Shown here one piece after another: positions 10,960 to 21,677 of a DNA stretch of 64,000 bases. Source of the DNA: Candidatus Poribacteria bacterium (GTDB lineage: Bacteria > Poribacteria > WGA-4E > WGA-3G); assembly GCA_965215265.1 (NCBI GenBank), contig OZ244048.1, forward strand, positions 3,520,001-3,584,000, written 5' to 3'. Every line of letters begins with the position of its first letter. Within the stretch, counting starts at the first letter, position 1. Both the position numbers and the translations under genes were made by a program. The notes under the pieces were generated by a model. The model saw only the letters and a list, made by a program, of their open reading frames with translations. It was not told the origin of the DNA and ran no database searches.

Positions 10960-11189
10960 TGCTTTATACCTCCAAAAAATTTTACCTGTTTTGGACAGTA
11001 TAGCGCAATTTTCGTGCCACTTTCGGAAACGCGATAAATGGACAGATATCGGGTATTCGCGGAGAGGTCCTGCACGAAAAAGGGCAAATCTGTTTTCAAA
11101 TTGTACAAAATCGTGCAGCGCGGTGTACGCCTTTTACGGCAGCTCAGAGGCTATGTTCTCTGATATTCCGGGCATCCGTTAGACAGTGC

Positions 11190-13862
11190 TTATCCATCTG
11201 TCTGCTGTAAGAACTGTCGAAGTCCGTGTAACGATTGCCCACTGAAAAATCGCCACTCGTTTTGGTGAACGAAGAGGTAGTGCCACGGCACAGCGGATTC
11301 GGACGCTGCACGACACCATGAACGTCCTGCGATCGCTTTTTGCCCGGCGTTCTCATCAGGCATTCCCTTCGTCTCGATGAGGAAATGCGCACCGCGGCTG
11401 TCACAAACGACGAAGTCGGGGATATAACGTGCAATGCGCCCTTTTTCTGTTAGATAGTCAATCCGGAGGGCTTCAGGTCCTGCATTCTTCGCGAAGGCTT
11501 TAACATCAGTAGCAGCGTCCAGCCACCGGGTGAACTCTGCCTCAAAATGGCGATGACATGGTACTAAATTGAACATCGTCTTATTTGCAGTAACGACGGG
11601 GTTTCGTTCACTCGCCGTGAACGGGTACGGTTGCCATGTAGACAACCGCATCGGTGCCGTTTCAAAGGCACGCCTCTTGCGCGTCTCCGTTAGTCGCTCT
11701 AAAATTAAGGGGGCAAACACAGCATGGATACGTTGGACAACATCGTCATCGCTGAGGCGCTGAATGAGGCGCGCGTCAGTCAGTGTTACTTTTTCTTCAA
11801 AGAGCATCTCTGTGAGAAATTGTGCCAAGAGCGGTGCAATAATCGGGTGTAGTATCGGCGGGAGACAACAGACACGCTCTAACTGTTTGACGAAATAAGA
11901 GATGGCTGTCCAACCGTTTTCAAGGAGCGGCAGGTGAAACGGCATCCATTCAACGAGCTGATTGGTGATGAGGTGGCGCCCTATGTATTCAGCGGTTTGT
12001 GGGTTTGCTAATGAGAGTTTGGGCAGCTCAGCACACCGCCCTTCAACATCCCGGCGGTTGATAGCGTCAAGTGCGACAAGATTTAGCCAGTGTGCATCGG
12101 AGATGCACGGGATTTCGATATCAAGTGCAGGAATCTGTTCCGGGTAGATTGAAACAACGGTGGATTTGATGGTAGTCGGCTCTTGGATAATTGGGGTGAC
12201 TCCTTCTATTCCGAGTGCCTCTTGATATAAAGTGTTAAACGCCGGATGCTCAATGACGACAACTGTCTCAGCGACTTCCGTCGTGTCGGGGTGTGTGATT
12301 CTGCGTAAGCCTCTACCGAGTGTCTGTTCCGGCAAGATTTTGGAGTCGGCTGTAAACGGCCGAAGCGGCACAATTACTGTGACGTTTTTGACATCCCATC
12401 CTTCTCGTAACATGAGTACAGAGACGATGCAAGCATAGGGGTTCTGATTGCTATCCAGTTCTCTGCTCAGCTTGCGGAGGGCCTTCAAATCCGCGTTGCT
12501 CATCTGTTTTTCGTTTTCAATGAACTCGCCGTGCTTGTTGATTTTTCCTTTTAGGTTTGTATGGAGATTAAGCGTCTTCCCGTTGAGTTTCTCAAAGTGT
12601 GGGTCGGTGTTGAGAAGTTTTGTAATTTGATCTGCGGCTTGCGTATTCTCACACATGACAAACAGCAACACTTTTTTTCCAACCTTTTCCCATTCAAAAA
12701 AACTCGCCTTCCATCTTTTGTAACCGAGTTCCAAATGTGCACGATACTTTTCGGCAGCGTTATCGGAAGAGTTTTGTTGCAGCGCCGCAGAACCGATAAC
12801 TGGGACTTTCACAATGCCTGCATCGACAGCTTCGCCCAAGGGTGTGTCGCAGACGATATGTTTTAGGGGGGTGCCGCTTCTGTCGCGCGGGGTAGCAGAG
12901 AAGTCGAGCTGCGCCACAAGGCCGCTCCTGTGCCGGTTCTCCGCTTCCTGATGGAAGAATTGGATGGCTTGACTCCACGCCAGATCCGGGTGCCAGATGT
13001 GATGTGCCTCATCGTTCAGGACCATCAGCCGCGATTCACTGGCGATGCGCTCGCGGAGTGCTGCCCCGATGTCTATGGACGAAGTAGGGGTGACAGCCGG
13101 GCCCATAAATGTATAATACTGATTCGCCTTTTCCTGTTGCTTCGGATACAACTTTTGGATGTTGGTGAGGTAAAGCACACCATTCCCTGCACCACCGGGT
13201 TCGTTTTGATGGATGACGTTGAGGTGCCAGTCCTTTTTCCACGCTGGAGGGATTAATGGATCGTTATCAAAGATTTCTCCGTCTCCGAAATCTTCTAAAA
13301 GCCGCTCTGTAACAGTAAGTCCTGGGGCGATTACTAGAAATCGTGTTGTTAGTTCAGAATTGGGCTCTCGGCGTGCGTGGAAGTAACTCCAGACAATGGC
13401 GAGACTCATGCACTTCGTTTTGCCGGTGCCGGTTGCGAGTTTAAAGGCGTACTTCGGCCACGCATTGTCCGTGCGCGGCACCCCCGCCGCTACCAATTCG
13501 GCATTAAGCGAATAATCATATTTGGCGATGAGGCCAGAAACGCTCCGAATCTGCGCAACTTCATACAAGTAAATGAGCGTTTCGATGGCTTCTTGTTGAC
13601 AAAAGTAGTATCGGAATTCACGTTCGCCGATTAGATGCTCGCCGCCGAACCAGTGCGTTAGTAGTACACGCGATGTCTCGCTCGCACCCTCATACCCGGC
13701 TTCACGCCACGTTCCAACGGCACGGCGCAGCGCGTTAGGCACAGCAAGGTGCGATGGGCGGCGCCCCGCTGCTATATTGCCTGCTTGACGATGCCGATTC
13801 GGTTCTTCCCATGGTGCGTGCAGTCGCGAAAGTTCTTGTCGGTCAACATGCAATGTTGTCAT
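11190..13862 (-). CDS. Type III restriction Res-like SF2 helicase/nuclease
   Basis: ATGTGKT, DEAHH, SATP, MLREGWDV, QTLGRGLR helicase motifs; C-terminal YIPDF..IETKG PD-(D/E)xK nuclease. Confidence 0.88.
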   Translation of the reverse strand: MTTLHVDRQELSRLHAPWEEPNRHRQAGNIAAGRRPSHLAVPNALRRAVGTWREAGYEGASETSRVLLTHWFGGEHLIGEREFRYYFCQQEAIETLIYLYEVAQIRSVSGLIAKYDYSLNAELVAAGVPRTDNAWPKYAFKLATGTGKTKCMSLAIVWSYFHARREPNSELTTRFLVIAPGLTVTERLLEDFGDGEIFDNDPLIPPAWKKDWHLNVIHQNEPGGAGNGVLYLTNIQKLYPKQQEKANQYYTFMGPAVTPTSSIDIGAALRERIASESRLMVLNDEAHHIWHPDLAWSQAIQFFHQEAENRHRSGLVAQLDFSATPRDRSGTPLKHIVCDTPLGEAVDAGIVKVPVIGSAALQQNSSDNAAEKYRAHLELGYKRWKASFFEWEKVGKKVLLFVMCENTQAADQITKLLNTDPHFEKLNGKTLNLHTNLKGKINKHGEFIENEKQMSNADLKALRKLSRELDSNQNPYACIVSVLMLREGWDVKNVTVIVPLRPFTADSKILPEQTLGRGLRRITHPDTTEVAETVVVIEHPAFNTLYQEALGIEGVTPIIQEPTTIKSTVVSIYPEQIPALDIEIPCISDAHWLNLVALDAINRRDVEGRCAELPKLSLANPQTAEYIGRHLITNQLVEWMPFHLPLLENGWTAISYFVKQLERVCCLPPILHPIIAPLLAQFLTEMLFEEKVTLTDARLIQRLSDDDVVQRIHAVFAPLILERLTETRKRRAFETAPMRLSTWQPYPFTASERNPVVTANKTMFNLVPCHRHFEAEFTRWLDAATDVKAFAKNAGPEALRIDYLTEKGRIARYIPDFVVCDSRGAHFLIETKGMPDENAGQKAIAGRSWCRAASESAVPWHYLFVHQNEWRFFSGQSLHGLRQFLQQTDG

Positions 13863-14338
13863 CAGGACACCTCCACTCGGACGGTAATATCGGTATCGCA
13901 GCCGAACACGTCCACGACACGCACGCAGGCAAAGTGCTCACCCGGTGCCGCGTATTTGTGGCACGCAGTGCTGACGGGGCTGAGGGACCTGTCTTTGTTG
14001 GTGCGATAGTCCTGCCAGTGATGCGTAAACGGCTTATCGCAGGCCCATTCAAAATCCACCGCCCAAAAGTCTATAAAGTCAAACGGCTTTTTGGCGGCAA
14101 GGTCCTTATTTTTTTCTAATTGGTTGGCTGGGATTTCCGCAAAATCTGGGACGAAGTCGGTGAGGCGGATGTCAACGGTGCCGTCTTTGTGATAGACGGG
14201 CTCAGCTTGCAAATAGGCGGGGGCAAGAAACAGCGCGGATGTCCGGTTTTTCTCCATCACCTCGCGCGGGATGCGGATGGGTTGTAAGGTGATACCGTGC
14301 GAGGCTTTGATCGCTTCCACCGTTTGGTGGAATTCCAT
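13862..14338 (-). CDS. C-terminal segment of the adjacent DNA methyltransferase (out of frame)
   Basis: IPREVME, IDFWAVDF, HWQDYRT, VVDVFG resemble Mod C-termini; the frame is open back to the G9 tract (LYCLAWEFEM). Confidence 0.75.
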   Translation of the reverse strand: MEFHQTVEAIKASHGITLQPIRIPREVMEKNRTSALFLAPAYLQAEPVYHKDGTVDIRLTDFVPDFAEIPANQLEKNKDLAAKKPFDFIDFWAVDFEWACDKPFTHHWQDYRTNKDRSLSPVSTACHKYAAPGEHFACVRVVDVFGCDTDITVRVEVS

Positions 14339-14373
14339 CTCGAACTCCCAAGCGAGACAGTATAATTTCTGAT

Positions 14374-15777
14374 TTACCCCCCCCCTTGATTGTTGTTAAG
14401 TATAGTTCCCATCATTTCTGCCACGGTCGCCTTGCCGAAGATGGTATCTATCGGAGCAACGTAACAGTAGGCACCGTCCTTGATACCGTGCAGGTCCGGA
14501 GAGGGTTGGTGTTTTGGTGCGAGCACTTCTGCCCCGAAGAGTTCCAAGACGACGCGGCGGTGTTCGGTTTCTGCACCTTTGAGGTGTGCCTTCTGCCACC
14601 ACTGCCGTTCATATCTACCGGCATTATAGACATCGAAGGAACGGTACGGTTTCTCCGCAGTGTGCAGTTCGCGTTGCAGCTCAATCATCCGTTTGCGGGT
14701 GGTGTGGATGGCAAACCGGCCTAAATCCGACAGAATCCACCGTCTGCCCAGCTGCTCAGCAACGGCTCCGGTGGTGCCGCTGCCACAGAAGGGATCTAGC
14801 ACAATATCGCCTTCGTTAGAGGACACTTTAATGATACGTTCAAGCAGCTTCACCGGTTTTTGCGTAGGATAACCAAGACGTTCTTTTGATTGTGTTGCGG
14901 TGCCGAATCCTTTTATATCTGTCCACCATGAAAGAACAGGTACACCTTTAGCTTCATCCAAATAGATTCGTCGTTCCGAGCCATCAGCTCTTTTTGAATG
15001 CTTACGGTACAACCGTCCATCTTCGTCTGTATGACGGTACGCTGTTGCGATACGTTCTTGTGAATACGGAGTGTATTGTGGATTAAAAACTGCGTCGGTT
15101 CCAGAGTAGAACAGAATTACGTCATGTTTTCGCGGAAATCTGTTAGTTATCGGACTATTGCTTGCCTTATAACTCCAAACCAACTCATTCCTAAAATACT
15201 GCACACCAAAAATCTCATCCATAAGCAACTTCAGATAGTGGCTCATCGTCGGGTCGCAGTGGAGATAGATGGAGCCGTCTTCTGCGAGTAGGTCCCGCAT
15301 TAGGGTTAAGCGTTCGGACATAAAGTGGAGATAGGAGGCCGTGCCTTTTCCCCACATATCGCAATACGCGACGGTTTCCAACGGAGACTGCCCTTTGGCA
15401 ACCTTTGTTTTTTCCTCGCCTATTGGCAATGCCATTTTAAAGTTAGCCCCGACGTTGAAGGGCGGGTCTGCGTAGATGAGGTTCACCTTCCCGCGGAACT
15501 CCGAGAGCAGACTTGCCATCACCACCTTATTATCGCCCCATATCAGTCGGTTTCGGAAGTCATCTTGACGCTGGGTTTGCCTCTCAAAGAGTTCAATTTG
15601 TCCACTGGCGAATGCCTCGCTGCGTGGCTGGTCAACCTGTTCGATGTGTTGGAGGGGTAGCGTTGCGGCGTTGATGTCAATGGGCCGTCTGTTGCCCTGT
15701 TCGTCGTATTTGCCCTCCCAGATCAGCTCGGTTTTGCGAGTGGAGAGCGGATGCGGGTGGTCTGCGGTGTATTTCAT
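14374..15777 (-). CDS. Adenine-specific DNA methyltransferase (Mod-like, beta class), ends at a G9 tract
   Basis: LIYADPPF, YPTQKP, LDPFCGSGTT; ORF ends CAA GGG GGG GGG TAA. Confidence 0.9.
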   Translation of the reverse strand: MKYTADHPHPLSTRKTELIWEGKYDEQGNRRPIDINAATLPLQHIEQVDQPRSEAFASGQIELFERQTQRQDDFRNRLIWGDNKVVMASLLSEFRGKVNLIYADPPFNVGANFKMALPIGEEKTKVAKGQSPLETVAYCDMWGKGTASYLHFMSERLTLMRDLLAEDGSIYLHCDPTMSHYLKLLMDEIFGVQYFRNELVWSYKASNSPITNRFPRKHDVILFYSGTDAVFNPQYTPYSQERIATAYRHTDEDGRLYRKHSKRADGSERRIYLDEAKGVPVLSWWTDIKGFGTATQSKERLGYPTQKPVKLLERIIKVSSNEGDIVLDPFCGSGTTGAVAEQLGRRWILSDLGRFAIHTTRKRMIELQRELHTAEKPYRSFDVYNAGRYERQWWQKAHLKGAETEHRRVVLELFGAEVLAPKHQPSPDLHGIKDGAYCYVAPIDTIFGKATVAEMMGTILNNNQGGG

Positions 15778-15936
15778 GCATGGTGCCTTTCTGTTGTGGG
15801 TTGATGTATTATACCATTTTTCAGATATTGTATTTCATAAGCAGGTTTTATGGAATATGAGAATGCCGTGTGCCGGACGATAAATTGCTCTGTTCCAAGT
15901 TGGTTATTTCTGCAGAGAAAGCAAAAATAAGTCGTT

Positions 15937-16638
15937 TTACGCTCTGCCGTAAACTGGTATTGCGGCACCGTTGATGACAGAGGCCTCTTCTGAGGTAAGA
16001 AAGCAGATGACTTTAGCGATGTCTGCGGGTGCGACCCACCGGGAGTGGTCTTCGTCTGGCATGGATTCGCGATTAGCGGGGGTGTCGATGACGCTGGGCA
16101 TGATGGCGTTAACGTTGACCCCGGCATCCATAACTTCTGCGGCTAAAGCTTCGGTCAAGGTTCGGACTCCGCCTTTTGAGACGCAGTATGCACTGAGTCC
16201 GGCTTCGCCTTTTAGGCCGGCACGTGCAGAAACGTTGACAATTTTGCCGTTGCCGCGCGCGGTCATCTGTGGGAGTGCGGTTTTGCAGCAGAGGAAAACG
16301 GATTTGAGATTCAGGTTCATCATGAAATCCCATTTCTCTATGTCTAGTTCAGCGGCAGGGGTTCCGCCGACGAAGCCGCCGACGATGTTCACCAGTACGT
16401 CGATCTGTCCGAATGTTGAGAAGCATTTCTTAACGTTGGCTTCCTCGGTAACGTCTGCGAACAAGAAAGTAACATCTTCGCTGATGTCCGGGTTGTAGTG
16501 TTTGAAACGTTCGACCTCATTTTCAAAGAGGTAGGTAACGGCGACATTGTCGCCTTGGGCGATGTATGCTTTTGTGACAGCACTGCCTAGGATGCCGGTG
16601 CCGCCGGTGATAAGGACGTTACGTTTTTGTTCAGCCAT
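15937..16638 (-). CDS. SDR family oxidoreductase
   Basis: TGGTGILG, YCVSK catalytic motif. Confidence 0.9.
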   Translation of the reverse strand: MAEQKRNVLITGGTGILGSAVTKAYIAQGDNVAVTYLFENEVERFKHYNPDISEDVTFLFADVTEEANVKKCFSTFGQIDVLVNIVGGFVGGTPAAELDIEKWDFMMNLNLKSVFLCCKTALPQMTARGNGKIVNVSARAGLKGEAGLSAYCVSKGGVRTLTEALAAEVMDAGVNVNAIMPSVIDTPANRESMPDEDHSRWVAPADIAKVICFLTSEEASVINGAAIPVYGRA

Positions 16639-16711
16639 TTTTTAGGCTCCTCCTCGGTTTTTCAATTAGTGTGTTAGTTTAGTGCAATGATAACACGTAT
16701 CGGAAAAGGTG

Positions 16712-17728
16712 TCAAGCGAATTTCGTGTCAGCGGGTAGTACCCCGATGCCGGGGCGGTTGGGCAAAATGAGTTTTCCTTTATCGAGCGTAACGCCGGCGT
16801 ACGGGTCATCTTCGATGAGCAGGTTCCCATCCAGATCTGCGTAATCAACGAGCGGGGTCAGGTGCGCGGCGGCGGTAATAGCGAGCGAGCTCTCTATCAT
16901 ACACCCGATCATGACAAGTAAGCCGTGTGCACGAGCAACGTGTATCATCTTGAGAGCCTCAATCAAGCCGCCACACTTTACCAGTTTGATGTTGATGCCG
17001 TCGACGCATTCAGCGAGCGCTGGGATATCAGCTGCCCGTTTGACGGATTCATCGGCAATGATAGGGAGTTCGGTATGTTCTTGAACGAATTTGAGTGCGT
17101 TCAAGTCGTTAGGGTTTGTGGGTTGTTCAATCAGTTCAATGTTGTATTGTGTGAGTTGTTGAATTTTTTTTACAGCTTCTTTGGGTTTCCATGCGGTGTT
17201 TGCATCGACATAGATGGGTTTGTCCGTAATCTGACGGATTGCTTGGATGATCTCGATATCGCGCGGTGTCCCGAGTTTTACCTTTAGAATGGGAAATGCT
17301 TGTGCATGGCGTGTTTTCTTGGCCATCACTTCGGGCTCGTCCAGTCCGATGGTGAAGGAAGTATTGGGTGTTTTCTCTGGGTTAAGTCCGCAGAGTTGAT
17401 AGAGTGGGGCCCCCAATTTTTTGCCGAGCCGGTCGTGCAGTGCGATATCAATGGCGGCTTTGGCGGCGTAATTTCCACCGAGTGTTGTTTCGAGGCGTGC
17501 CATGACATCATGAATTGCGTCAAGATTGCCATCAAGCTGAGGCTCCAGGATTTCCAATGCGGTTGTGACTGTCTGGACAGTTTCTCCGTAGAATTGCGCA
17601 GGTGCTGCTTCACCGATGCCGCCATCGATTTGTACAGACAGTATTTCTCTATATGTATCCACGGTGCGGCGGGCAATTTTGAAAGGATGCTGTAGTTTGA
17701 GTTGCGTGATCGTTGTAGCGATATGCAT
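16712..17728 (-). CDS. Dipeptide (L-Ala-D/L-Glu) epimerase, enolase superfamily
   Basis: KVKLG, DAN, EQP, ADES, NIKLVKCGG, GCMIES, DLDG. Confidence 0.88.
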   Translation of the reverse strand: MHIATTITQLKLQHPFKIARRTVDTYREILSVQIDGGIGEAAPAQFYGETVQTVTTALEILEPQLDGNLDAIHDVMARLETTLGGNYAAKAAIDIALHDRLGKKLGAPLYQLCGLNPEKTPNTSFTIGLDEPEVMAKKTRHAQAFPILKVKLGTPRDIEIIQAIRQITDKPIYVDANTAWKPKEAVKKIQQLTQYNIELIEQPTNPNDLNALKFVQEHTELPIIADESVKRAADIPALAECVDGINIKLVKCGGLIEALKMIHVARAHGLLVMIGCMIESSLAITAAAHLTPLVDYADLDGNLLIEDDPYAGVTLDKGKLILPNRPGIGVLPADTKFA

Positions 17729-17743
17729 GTTGTTCTATTGCAT

Positions 17744-19933
17744 CTATCTCTTTCTCTGTAAGTAGTCCAGGAAACGTTTCTGTTTTTCCGCGTCGATTTG
17801 CCGTTCGCCATTTAAAGCTGCCCATGCACCGAAGAAAATGGCGGATGCCTCTTGTGCGTGGGATGCCTTGGCGTGATTTAGTGACGTAATTTCGAGAGTC
17901 ATCGCGATTTTGTTAGTCTGTTGGATTTCCGGTGTTATCCTATCGTGGATGGTTTCGATGGGTGTCTTAAAAAGGGTAGCGTTAAATTGCTGGAGTATCT
18001 GCTTTAGAAAAGTTTCGGCTGTGTGATTTCCTCGGTAATGTGCGGCGATAACGGTGGGTTCAGTTTTCCGCGCCGGTGTGTGGTGAATTCGCAGGTAGTA
18101 TCCATCTTCAGGAATCGCATTAACGTTGGCGATGCGTTTTTCGAGGGGTAGTTTTTGTCCGGGTGGCTGAATCAGATAGACCTTTGCGCCTGCGAGTGTT
18201 AGCATCTCTTTCAGTGTTGCAATGAGTTTTGCAGTGGCGTGTTCGTTGCCTTGTGAATCCAGAACAAAGACGTTTTCAGCGAATATGCCGTCCGCTATCG
18301 CTTGTAGTTTAGGATGGACAACCGTCGCGCTACTGAGGTGGAGAGAAATCTGACGTTTGTATGGATAATATCCGGCTGCAGTGAGGTGGAGTATTACTTC
18401 GCCCTCAAATTCTGTCATCAAGAAGAAATGGCCGGCGGCATCGGTGACAGCGGTTAATGCGGGTTGGGCGTGTAATTGGACGTTCGGAATCGGTTCGCCG
18501 GTATCAGCATCAGTGACGTGTCCTTGGAGGAGTGCGCTGTCGATTTCTGCAAAACGGATTTTAACCGATTTGCGTTTCTGTCGGTAGGCAGCCTGCACCG
18601 TTGCTGTGCCAGGTTGTGTGGTTGCATGTAGATAGAAGCGTGCGGTCCCATTTTTGGAGGATCCGACAGTTTGGTATGGTTTATGCGGGGAGCGCGCAGA
18701 TGATAGAGAAAAAGCGTTTGCTGCGACGATGTGGCCTTCTGATGTTGTGGCGTGGATCGGCTCCCCGTCGGCAATTGGCATTCCTTCCGCATCTAGTGCT
18801 GTAACGGTAATACGGGCGTAACTTTTCCCGTCAAATGGTAGGGTATCCGTCCATGTGTTCATGCTGAGTTTGGCTGCAGGTGGTGCCACCTTAAACCATT
18901 GCATGAAAGGTAGGCTGTGATTTCCGTAGTAGTTGACGAGTTCGGTTTCGACAAAATGGATGCCGTTTGATAGCGGTGCTTTGATGAGAATGTCAATTAA
19001 ATCCTCGTCACGGCGATAGTGGAAGGGAACGTCCACGTTATCAATTTTGACTCGTATAGAGTTTGTGAAAACTTGTTGTCGTTTTAGCATCCATGCGCCT
19101 CGTTCGTGGAGTCCATCTGTGATTTGGATTTGGATATTGGGGGTTTTGGTTTCGATAACGGCCTCGTGTAGGGGTTTGACGAGTGTGCCTTTAGGGAATC
19201 CGGCGGCGACGTACCGTGCGATGCCGAGAAAATAGCCGTAAGCTTCCTGTTTGAGGTACTCTGCAGATTTGAGTCTGGCTTCTTCCTCAGGATTAGAGTA
19301 GAAAGATGCCTCGCACACAACTGCAGGGCATTTGGTTAAGCGCAAAACGCCAAAGCCTGTGGAGACAACTAACTTATCAGAATAGAGTCCGGTTGCAGGG
19401 GCTGTGGGCAGACGGAGTGCGTCGGCGACAGCTTGTTGGATATATCGTCCGAGGTCGAGACTGGTGCGCGATTCGTCTGCATCGCCGTGGTACCACGTGG
19501 AGGTATAGTTGGTTTCAGAGTTACTAATTGCGTTATGGTGTAGGGAGATGAAAAAATCGGCACCGTTTTCATTGGCAATCCGGCTACGTTCAGGTAGACT
19601 GACGTAGGAATCATCGATGCGTGTCATGATGACTGTAGCACCGACCTGCTGCAAGAGTTCGCGGAGGTAAAGCGCAACCTGTAGGTTGACCTCTGCTTCG
19701 CGAAGTCCGGTTGGACCTCGCTTATAATTGGGGACGTGTGCTTGTCCGCCGTGTCCCGGGTCTAGGCAAATTGTGAATTCCTTGAGATGGCGAGCGTAGG
19801 GTGGGACTTCAGGCGCAGCAGATTCTTCTTGTTGCTCAATAACGTCTGGATATTGGGTACAGTTGCTAAACAACAAAAGGAATAGCGTGACGGCGGCAAA
19901 TTGATAAAAAAGTTTTTTTGTATAGTTCAGCAT
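17744..19933 (-). CDS. N-acetylmuramoyl-L-alanine amidase (Amidase_3) with Ig-like and carboxypeptidase-regulatory domains
   Basis: LDPGHGG, REAEVNL, SLHHNA, VCE; probable lipoprotein signal (FSNC); start likely MLNYT. Confidence 0.85.
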   Translation of the reverse strand: MLNYTKKLFYQFAAVTLFLLLFSNCTQYPDVIEQQEESAAPEVPPYARHLKEFTICLDPGHGGQAHVPNYKRGPTGLREAEVNLQVALYLRELLQQVGATVIMTRIDDSYVSLPERSRIANENGADFFISLHHNAISNSETNYTSTWYHGDADESRTSLDLGRYIQQAVADALRLPTAPATGLYSDKLVVSTGFGVLRLTKCPAVVCEASFYSNPEEEARLKSAEYLKQEAYGYFLGIARYVAAGFPKGTLVKPLHEAVIETKTPNIQIQITDGLHERGAWMLKRQQVFTNSIRVKIDNVDVPFHYRRDEDLIDILIKAPLSNGIHFVETELVNYYGNHSLPFMQWFKVAPPAAKLSMNTWTDTLPFDGKSYARITVTALDAEGMPIADGEPIHATTSEGHIVAANAFSLSSARSPHKPYQTVGSSKNGTARFYLHATTQPGTATVQAAYRQKRKSVKIRFAEIDSALLQGHVTDADTGEPIPNVQLHAQPALTAVTDAAGHFFLMTEFEGEVILHLTAAGYYPYKRQISLHLSSATVVHPKLQAIADGIFAENVFVLDSQGNEHATAKLIATLKEMLTLAGAKVYLIQPPGQKLPLEKRIANVNAIPEDGYYLRIHHTPARKTEPTVIAAHYRGNHTAETFLKQILQQFNATLFKTPIETIHDRITPEIQQTNKIAMTLEITSLNHAKASHAQEASAIFFGAWAALNGERQIDAEKQKRFLDYLQRKR

Positions 19934-20052
19934 GGTCGATTTCCTGACACAATGCCGCTGCATGCTTGTGCTGGTTGCAAAGGCGTGCGTTCCGGAATTT
20001 GCCTCTACAAATTGAGTGGTCTGCAATCTCATCTGACTTTTTTCAGAATCGT

Positions 20053-20514
20053 TTAGCGTTCTTCTGGGTTATACCTTTGCCGCGCTCTGCGTGACTTTGG
20101 GGGCCCGAGAATTTCTGCGAGAATGATGCCTTGTCGGAATGTTTGTGAGGAAAAATCGCCAATTGAAATTGCTGGTATCGGCTTCGGTGCAGGTCTGCGC
20201 GTTGGACGTGAGCTGTCAACCGGAACCGGCGATGGTTCTGCAGGTGGCTCTTTAGGCGTTTCTGCAGCGATCGGTGCCTCCATTTGTTCTTCGGTTTGTG
20301 CTTCTTCAGTGCCAAGAAAGTCAGGCATCGTCTCTGTATCAAACGGAAAATTTTCCATGAAGGGCGGTAAGGCTGTTTCACTGCTTGCGTGATCCGTTGT
20401 ATGGCTTTCGTCTTGAGTTTTTCGTTGTTCAGGTTTTTTCCGGCGGACGTTACCGAGAAAGAGCGTTGCAATAACAATAATAAGCGCGATAATTGGCTGG
20501 ATAAGTTCGTCCAT
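20053..20514 (-). CDS. Membrane-anchored hypothetical protein (YqfB-like position after floA)
   Basis: N-terminal TM, Pro/Glu-rich linker, C-terminal FRQGIILAEILGPP motif. Confidence 0.65.
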   Translation of the reverse strand: MDELIQPIIALIIVIATLFLGNVRRKKPEQRKTQDESHTTDHASSETALPPFMENFPFDTETMPDFLGTEEAQTEEQMEAPIAAETPKEPPAEPSPVPVDSSRPTRRPAPKPIPAISIGDFSSQTFRQGIILAEILGPPKSRRARQRYNPEER

Positions 20515-20638
20515 CAATTTTCTCCTTTTTCTGTTTGTTTCATCACCGTCTTCTGCGTTAAGCAAAAGGTAGCCGGGGGCTCGTTTGGACACTCGTCAGT
20601 AAAACTGTAGATGAGTCAGTTTTTCTGTGCGGGCGTGT

Positions 20639-21667
20639 TTACGAGAACCCGAGTGAATGTGCGGAGCGTGTTGTGTCAACTTCTTGTGTCCCGCCGGGTG
20701 ATGCGATGGATTGGCGCATCTCGGTATCCGCGAGGATATTCCGGAGTTCGTAATATGCCATGACCGCCATTGTTTGAGAATCGAAAGCATCTGCGATAGC
20801 GAGTGGTACTTCTGCTTCAGCTTCAATGAGTTTGATAGTCATCTCTTCGACAAGTGCTTTGTTCTCTTCTTCTTCTGCTTCAGCGCGTGCACGTCGTTCT
20901 TCGGCCTTGGCACGTGCGATTTTGAGTTCTGCTTCCGCCTGGTCGGTTTGGAGTTTTGCGCCGACGTTTTCTCCGACATTGATATCGGCGATATCAATGG
21001 AGAGTATCTCAAAGGCAGTTCCCGCTGAGAGTCCTTTTGCAAGTACTGTCTCAGAAATGAGAACAGGGTTTTCGAGAACCTGTTTGTGACTTACTGATGA
21101 GCCGATAGTTGTGATAATTCCTTCTCCGACTCTGGCGCGGATGGTATCCTCTGTAGCACCGCCGACGAGGCGGTCAATGTCGGCTCTGACGGTGACGCGT
21201 GCTTTGACAATGAGTTGGATTCCGTCACGTGCAACGGCGGTGATGCCGCTAGTAGAATCACTGCCTTCGGGTATATCAATAATTTTGGGTGTTACACTGA
21301 CTTGTACGGCTTGTAGTACATCTCGCCCGGCGAGGTCAATGGCGGCGGCTTGTGCGAATCCGAGTTCAATATTGGCTTTATCCGCTGCGATGAGTGCTGC
21401 AACGACACTTGCGACGCGCCCCCCGGCGAGGTAGTGTGCCTCAAGTTCGTCCAAGGAAAGGGTTAATCCTGCTTTAGTAGCGTTAATCTGTGGTTCGACG
21501 ATGGCTTTGGGTGGTACACGTCTGAGGCGCATTGCGACAAGATCAAAAATTCCGACCTTTACGCCTGCAGCGATAGCGGTAATCCAGAGTCCTATTGGGA
21601 CGAGCCATGAGATGATGATGATAAATAGGACGATACAGACAGCAATAATTGCAATAATTGGTTGCAT
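20639..21667 (-). CDS. floA: Flotillin-like protein FloA/YqfA, paralog 2
   Basis: [38 protein letters not shown]. Confidence 0.9.
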   Translation of the reverse strand: MQPIIAIIAVCIVLFIIIISWLVPIGLWITAIAAGVKVGIFDLVAMRLRRVPPKAIVEPQINATKAGLTLSLDELEAHYLAGGRVASVVAALIAADKANIELGFAQAAAIDLAGRDVLQAVQVSVTPKIIDIPEGSDSTSGITAVARDGIQLIVKARVTVRADIDRLVGGATEDTIRARVGEGIITTIGSSVSHKQVLENPVLISETVLAKGLSAGTAFEILSIDIADINVGENVGAKLQTDQAEAELKIARAKAEERRARAEAEEEENKALVEEMTIKLIEAEAEVPLAIADAFDSQTMAVMAYYELRNILADTEMRQSIASPGGTQEVDTTRSAHSLGFS

Positions 21668-21677
21668 TGGATTCTCC

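Noticed and set aside
15971-16498. Long antisense ORFs (this one, 9461-10036, 51215-51664 and others)
   Set aside because: They are shadows of well-supported genes on the opposite strand
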